A stretch of DNA of 54,081 bases from assembly GCA_963847705.1 (NCBI GenBank), contig CAWKBC010000003.1:1-54081 (forward strand), given 5' to 3'. Below the pieces are notes generated by a model, which saw only the letters and a list, made by a program, of their open reading frames with translations, was not told the DNA's origin and did not search any database. The stretch comes from an uncultured Pseudomonadota bacterium. Its GTDB lineage: Bacteria; Myxococcota_A; Polyangia; Fen-1088. Position numbers and translations under genes: made by a program. This document shows, piece after piece, positions 49,025-54,081 of the stretch (the stretch's first letter is position 1; every line of letters begins with the position of its first letter).

Positions 49025-52000
49025 ATGATTCCGCGGCTCGTCCGCTTCGTCCTCCGGATGCCGGCCTTCGTGCTGATCCTGGCGGTGGGGCTCCTGGCGC
49101 TGGGGCTCTACTGCTACCAGCAGCTCGACATCGAGGCCTATCCGAACCCGGTGGCGCCGATGATCGAGATCATCACCCAGCCGAGCGGATGGAGCGCCGA
49201 AGAGGTCGAGCGCTACGTCACCATCCCGCTGGAAAACGGGTTGAACGGGATGCTCGATCTCGACCACATCCGTTCGCAGTCGCTGTTCGGCCTCTCGGAC
49301 GTGAAGTGCTACTTCACCTGGAACGCCGAGTACCACGTGGCGCAGCAGCGGGTCTTGAACCGGCTCGGCTTCGTCAGCCTGCCGCCGGGGATGACGCCGC
49401 AGCTGTCGCCCTGGAGCGCCATCGGCGAGGTGTTCCGCTACGTGGTCCGCGGCGAGGGCTATTCGCTGGCCGACCTGAAGACGGCGCAGGACTGGATCCT
49501 CGAGCGGCAGTTCCGCCAGGCGCCAGGCGTCATCGACGTGGTCGGCTTCGGCGGCGAGACCAAGGAGTACCACGTCGAGGTCGACCCCTATCGGTTGAAG
49601 GGGCACGGCGTGACGCTGACCCAGCTGGAGAACGCGCTGTCGTCCTCGAATCAGAACGTCGGCGGCCAGCGGCTCAGCATCGGCGAGCAGTCGTACGACG
49701 TGCGGGGGATCGGCATCATCCATTCACTGGCCGACATCCGCGACGTGGTCCTCTCGGCGCAGAAGGGGACGCCGACCCGTGTGCGCGACGTGGCCGAGGT
49801 GACGGTCGGGCACGCGCCGCGGCTGGGGATCGTGGGCAAGGACCTCGAGCCCGACGTGGTGCAGGGGACCGTGCTGATGCGCTACGGCGGCGATTCGCTG
49901 AAGACGCTCGACGCCGTCCACGAGCGGGTGGAGTACATGAACCGCTTTCACGTCATGCCGCCGGGGATGACGATCGAGCCGTACTACGACCGGGCCACCC
50001 TGGTGAAGCTGACCACGCACACCGTCCTCGAGAACCTGCTCATCGGGATGGTGCTGGTGGCGGTGGTGCTCTGGATGTTCCTCGGGCATGGACGGGCGGC
50101 GCTCATCACCGCCCTCAACATCCCGCTGGCGCTGATGGCGGCCTTCGTGGGGATGGTGGCCACCGGCACGCCGGCCAACCTGATCTCGCTGGGGGCGGTC
50201 GACTTCGGGATCGTCGTCGACTCGACGGTCATCGTGATGGAGAACGTGTTCCGCCACATGGCCGCGCCTGGCAAGCGCAACGCCATCGAGCGCATCCTGC
50301 TGGCGGCGGGCGAGGTCGGTCCGCCGATGTTCTCCTCGACGCTGGTCATCGCGGTCGCCTTCATCCCTCTCTTCACGCTGTCGGGCGTGTCGGGGGTGAT
50401 CTTCTCGCCGATGGCGCACACCTACGCCTTCGCCATCGGCGGCGCCATCATCCTCTCGCTGACGCTGACGCCGGTGCTGGCCGAGCGGGGCCTCAAGATC
50501 GGCAAGCTCGGCGATCACGAGCACGACAACTGGCTCATGAAGGGGCTGAAGAAGTTTTACATCCCGCTGTTCGATTTTTCGCTCCGCCACAAGAAGACGG
50601 CGGTGGCCATCGGCGCCACCATCGTCGGCGCCAGCCTGCTCAGCGCCGGGTTTCTGGGGCGGGAGTTCATGCCCAAGCTGGAGGAGGGGAACTTCTGGAT
50701 CCGTGCCACGCTGCCGACGTCGATCTCGCTCGAGCAGTCGTCGAAGTACGTCGGCCGCATGCGCGCGGTGATCCTGGGGTGCCCGAAAGAAGGTGCCTGC
50801 GACCTCCAGCATCGCGCGCGGCCGGAGATCACCAGCGTGGTCTCGCAGCTGGGGCGCCCCGACGACGGCACCGACGTCTCGGGCTTCTACAACATCGAGC
50901 TGTTCGCGCCGCTGCAGCCGGCCGGCGAGTGGCCGCGCGGCGTCACCAAGGAGAAGATGACCGAGGATCTCTCGCACGAGCTCGGCGAGGCGTTCCCCGG
51001 CGTCATCTTCAACTTCTCCCAGATGATCTCGGACAACGTCGAGGAGGCGATGTCGGGGGTCAAGGGGGAGAACACCGTCAAGGTGTTCGGTCCTGACCTC
51101 CGCGTCAACGAGGCGAAGGCCAACGAGATCGTCGACGTCATGTCGACCATCAAGGGGGTGGCCGACCTGGCGCTCTTCCCCTCGCTCGGACAGCCCGACG
51201 TGCGCATCTCCCCCGACCGCGCGCTGGCCGGCCGGTACGGCCTCAACATCGGCGACGTCGAGGCGGTGGTGCAGGCGGCCATCGGCGGCCAGGCGGTCAC
51301 CCAGGTCTACGAGGGGGAGAAGCGCTTCGACCTCACCGTCCGCTGGGCGCCGCCCTTTCGCAAGGACCTCAAGGCGATCCGCGACATCCTGGTGGCCACC
51401 CCCGACGGCGCCCAGGTGCCGCTCGGCCAGATCGCCCAGATCGTGAAGGAAGAGGGGCCCTCGCTCATCTACCGCGAGGACAACCGCCGCTACGCGCCGG
51501 TGAAGTTCTCCGTGCGCGGCCGCGACCTGGCCTCGACGATCGACGAGGCGCGCGAGAAGATCGAGGAGAAGGTCAAGCTCCCCTACGACACCCACCTCGA
51601 GTGGGCGGGGGAGATCAACCAGCTCAACGAGGCGACCGGCCGCCTGGCCCTCATCATCCCGCTCACCCTGCTGGTGATCGCCATGCTGGTCTACTCGTCG
51701 GTCAAGAACTGGAAGGACATGCTGATCGTGCTGGCCGGGATTCCGGTCGCCTGCACCGGCGGCATCCTGGCCTTGATCATCACGCGCACGAACTTCTCGA
51801 TCTCGGCGGCGATGGGGTTCATCTCGATCTTCGGCGTCTCCATCCAGGACGCGCTCCTGGTGGTCACCTACGCGCAGCGGCTCTGGAACGAGGGGCACGG
51901 TCTGGAAGAGGGGGCCCGCGAGGCGGCCGAGCGCTGGCTGCGCCCGGTGTTGATGACGACCTTCGTGGCGATGCTGGGGCTGACGCCGGCCGCGCTCTCG

Positions 52001-52237
52001 CATGGCATCGGCGCCGATACGCAGAAGCCGCTGGCCATCGTGGTCATCGGCGGAGCGCTCATCCTGGCGCTCATCCCCCGCCTCATTCAGCCGCCGCTGC
52101 TGGTGCTCGCGCACATGCGCGAGAAGCGCTGGAAGAACTGGAAGCCGGGGGGCGGCCCGCCGCCCATCAGCGAGGGGCGTCCGTCCGGCATGCTCTCCGT
52201 CGTCGAGTCGGGCCCGGTGCGCCCCACCGGCGTTTGA
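49025..52237 (+). CDS. czcA: CusA/CzcA heavy-metal efflux RND transporter
   Basis: IEAYP, EEVER.VT.PLE, SLFGLS, ANLISLGAVDFGIVVD, FMPKLEEG, LRPVLMT, QKPLA.VVIGG. Confidence 0.93.
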   Translation: MIPRLVRFVLRMPAFVLILAVGLLALGLYCYQQLDIEAYPNPVAPMIEIITQPSGWSAEEVERYVTIPLENGLNGMLDLDHIRSQSLFGLSDVKCYFTWNAEYHVAQQRVLNRLGFVSLPPGMTPQLSPWSAIGEVFRYVVRGEGYSLADLKTAQDWILERQFRQAPGVIDVVGFGGETKEYHVEVDPYRLKGHGVTLTQLENALSSSNQNVGGQRLSIGEQSYDVRGIGIIHSLADIRDVVLSAQKGTPTRVRDVAEVTVGHAPRLGIVGKDLEPDVVQGTVLMRYGGDSLKTLDAVHERVEYMNRFHVMPPGMTIEPYYDRATLVKLTTHTVLENLLIGMVLVAVVLWMFLGHGRAALITALNIPLALMAAFVGMVATGTPANLISLGAVDFGIVVDSTVIVMENVFRHMAAPGKRNAIERILLAAGEVGPPMFSSTLVIAVAFIPLFTLSGVSGVIFSPMAHTYAFAIGGAIILSLTLTPVLAERGLKIGKLGDHEHDNWLMKGLKKFYIPLFDFSLRHKKTAVAIGATIVGASLLSAGFLGREFMPKLEEGNFWIRATLPTSISLEQSSKYVGRMRAVILGCPKEGACDLQHRARPEITSVVSQLGRPDDGTDVSGFYNIELFAPLQPAGEWPRGVTKEKMTEDLSHELGEAFPGVIFNFSQMISDNVEEAMSGVKGENTVKVFGPDLRVNEAKANEIVDVMSTIKGVADLALFPSLGQPDVRISPDRALAGRYGLNIGDVEAVVQAAIGGQAVTQVYEGEKRFDLTVRWAPPFRKDLKAIRDILVATPDGAQVPLGQIAQIVKEEGPSLIYREDNRRYAPVKFSVRGRDLASTIDEAREKIEEKVKLPYDTHLEWAGEINQLNEATGRLALIIPLTLLVIAMLVYSSVKNWKDMLIVLAGIPVACTGGILALIITRTNFSISAAMGFISIFGVSIQDALLVVTYAQRLWNEGHGLEEGAREAAERWLRPVLMTTFVAMLGLTPAALSHGIGADTQKPLAIVVIGGALILALIPRLIQPPLLVLAHMREKRWKNWKPGGGPPPISEGRPSGMLSVVESGPVRPTGV

Positions 52238-52260
52238 CCGCGACCCGACGGGTATGTCGC

Positions 52261-52731
52261 CTACTGTTTCGGCTTTTTCATCAGTCGTGCCACGTCCGCA
52301 ATGTCTTTCGGACGGCCGGCGCACGCTTTGTTCTTGAGGAATGCGTCGCGGCCAATGATGGGGATGTTGCGCCCCTCCACCTCGGCGGCCGCACGCGACG
52401 CCCACGCCTCCTCGAAGGTGACCCCCGAGATCTTCGTGAGGACGTCGATTCGCCGCGGCGGCAGGCCGATCTGGTAGACGGAGCCCTCGCGCGCGAAATC
52501 AGCGGCGGTCACGCCGTGAGACTGCAGCGGCGCGCCGAACTGAAGCAACGCTTGGTGAACCCGCGAGGCGTTCTCTGCCGAAGGCCTCACGAAGATGTCG
52601 ATGTCGCCGCTTGCGCGGGGAGCGCCGTGAAACGCGAGCGCGAAGGCGCCCACGATCACGAATTCGACGTTCGCGTCGGCGAGCTGAATCACGAGGTCGC
52701 GAAAGTCGTCGTTCAGCCCATCAAGTGTCAT
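52261..52731 (-). CDS. Minimal nucleotidyltransferase-fold protein (DUF6036-like)
   Basis: IVGAFALAFHG.PRASGDIDIFV, RIDVLT.I.GV.F, KNK...GRPKD..DV. Confidence 0.82.
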   Translation of the reverse strand: MTLDGLNDDFRDLVIQLADANVEFVIVGAFALAFHGAPRASGDIDIFVRPSAENASRVHQALLQFGAPLQSHGVTAADFAREGSVYQIGLPPRRIDVLTKISGVTFEEAWASRAAAEVEGRNIPIIGRDAFLKNKACAGRPKDIADVARLMKKPKQ

Positions 52732-52981
52732 CGTCTTCCGGACGCTGGTCGCCAGGACGGAACAAACGCCCCGGCATATCGCTGCGTGCGTAGGAGGGAA
52801 GCGGCCGCCCGGCGATCCTCCAAGCGGCGTCCGCCAGCTCGGCCATCATCGCGACGCGCTCTGCCGGCGTCGTCACCTCGGACAGATCGTCCCCTGGCTC
52901 CTCGCCGATCCTGTAGCGCGCGATTGGCCAGTGCGCCCTCTCTCTCCTGCGGGCCTCTGAGTCATCTCGATCCGCCGGCAC
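52721..52981 (-). CDS. Small hypothetical protein, partner of the nucleotidyltransferase
   Basis: TPAERVAM..EL...AW...G pattern; overlaps the start of the downstream gene. Confidence 0.7.
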   Translation of the reverse strand: MPADRDDSEARRRERAHWPIARYRIGEEPGDDLSEVTTPAERVAMMAELADAAWRIAGRPLPSYARSDMPGRLFRPGDQRPEDDDT

Positions 52982-53071
52982 GCCCCGATGTTAGCCCAAC
53001 TTCGACCCGGCTGTGACCATTGCCGAGGCGTGGGGGGCGCACCCGGGGGCCGCGAACGGGCTCCCCTCAGA

Positions 53072-53833
53072 TCAATTCGCGCACTGAAGCGCGAGCACCG
53101 TGATGTTGTCGGTGCCGCCGGCGGCGTTGGCCGCCTCGATCATGCTGGAGACGGCGGTCTCGAGATCGGCGGCGCTCTTGACCAGCTCGAGCAGCTTGGG
53201 ATCTTCGACCATCCCGGAGAGGCCGTCGGAGCAGAGCAGGAAGGTGTCGCGGTCCTGGATGTCGTGCGCCAGCACGTCGACCTGCACGTGCTCGCGCATG
53301 CCGAGCGCGCGGGTGATGACGTTCTTGTGCGGGAACTTCCGCTGCTCGTCCTCGGACATGTTCGGCTTGGCGTCCTTGTAGTCCTCGAGCAGCGAATGGT
53401 CGCGCGTCATCTGCTGGATGGCGGCGCCGCGCACCCGGTAGCAGCGGGAGTCGCCCACGTGTGCGATGTAGAACTTGTCGCCCACCACCTGGCCGCTGAC
53501 GATGGTGGTCCCCATCCCCTTCAGCTTCACCTCCTTGCTGGCGGCCTGGAAGATGCGCTGGTTCGCCATCTTGATGCCGACCACCAGCCGGTTTTCGACG
53601 TAGGAGAGGTGGCGGTCCATCTTGTAGGGCCAGGTCGCCTCGTCGTCCTTGGTGCGGGCGTAGAACTCCGTCATGACGTCGGCGGCCATCTTCGACGCGA
53701 CCTCACCCGAGGCGTGTCCGCCCATGCCGTCGGCCACCAGGAAGAGCTGTTCGTCTTCAATCAACGAGAAGTAATCCTCGTTGTGGTTGCGCTTCATACC
53801 GACGTCGGTCTTCGCGGCGTAGCGGATACGCAT
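53072..53833 (-). CDS. PP2C-family Ser/Thr phosphatase (Stp1/Pph1-like)
   Basis: [49 protein letters not shown]. Confidence 0.95.
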   Translation of the reverse strand: MRIRYAAKTDVGMKRNHNEDYFSLIEDEQLFLVADGMGGHASGEVASKMAADVMTEFYARTKDDEATWPYKMDRHLSYVENRLVVGIKMANQRIFQAASKEVKLKGMGTTIVSGQVVGDKFYIAHVGDSRCYRVRGAAIQQMTRDHSLLEDYKDAKPNMSEDEQRKFPHKNVITRALGMREHVQVDVLAHDIQDRDTFLLCSDGLSGMVEDPKLLELVKSAADLETAVSSMIEAANAAGGTDNITVLALQCAN

Positions 53834-53844
53834 CGGGACCATCC

Positions 53845-53873
53845 AGCGTACCGGCGTCGGCCAAAGGCGTCAA
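53845..53873 (-). promoter_or_regulatory. Sigma70-type promoter of the PP2C gene
   Basis: TTGACG-N17-TACGCT. Confidence 0.6.
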
Positions 53874-53892
53874 TCATCACGAGACGATAGAG

Positions 53893-54081
53893 GATCGCGT
53901 GGGCGTAGCTGGGCTCGCCCGGCGGAGCCCTTCGTTTGTACCTGCGTGGGAGGGGGAGGGAACCCTCCCAGGGTTCCCGCGACTGATCGCGTGGGCGTAG
54001 CTGGGCTTCGCCCGGCGGAGCCCTTCGCGGGAGGGGGAGGGAACCGGCTCCAGCCGGCGCAAGCCGGCTTGGGGTTCCCGC
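53893..54081. repeat. Tandem structured repeat (two ~92-97-nt units, GTAG-REP-like)
   Basis: Units start at 53893 and 53985 with GATCGCGTGGGCGTAGCTGGGCT(T)CGCCCGGCGGAGCCCTTCG...GGGAGGGGGAGGGAACC...GGTTCCCGC; window ends at the end of unit 2. Confidence 0.85.

Noticed and set aside
49724-52405. Long antisense or alternate-frame ORFs (also 4685..6505, 23397..25637, 26873..28720, 41686..43683, 45588..47864)
   Set aside because: Shadow ORFs expected in high-GC DNA opposite well-supported genes; no recognisable motifs
53893-54081. CRISPR array
   Set aside because: Only two units; the variable parts are 1-27 nt and self-structured rather than uniform spacers; no cas genes in the window

Overview
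High-GC (by eye roughly 70%) bacterial chromosomal DNA, most likely from Myxococcota. The evidence is the Gly/Thr-rich lipoproteins, a Hanks-type kinase, a PP2C phosphatase, an FHA-GGDEF protein, an AgmX/PglI-like domain and a CotH-MopE protein. The window is mostly housekeeping genes: lnt, an rpoH-like sigma factor, csp, thiS-thiG/thiE, nrdR-ribD-ribE-ribBX-ribH-nusB, xerD, queG, clpS-clpA, dnaJ, slt, ispA-xseB, fur and czcBA. These are interspersed with accessory lipoprotein and CAZyme genes (PL1, GH5, CotH, Cys-rich lipoproteins). Several conserved genes (nusB, xerD, a FemAB-like GNAT, dnaJ, slt) carry single-base frameshifts that look like long-read indel errors. I found no tRNA, rRNA, CRISPR array or transposase. 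The strongest candidate for something new is an apparently split Rieske non-heme-iron oxygenase: a Rieske domain and a START-fold catalytic domain on separate adjacent genes, with a methyltransferase (13862-15764). Other notable features are a porin-CzcB-CzcA operon with no TolC-type gene near fur, structured non-coding repeat elements (4485-4760 and 53893-54081), many apparently leaderless genes, an ECF42-type promoter on an orphan DGPF gene, a ThiS-ThiG fusion with a (GGGS)3 linker, and a small-protein/nucleotidyltransferase pair. All family calls come from motifs read by eye, not from database searches.
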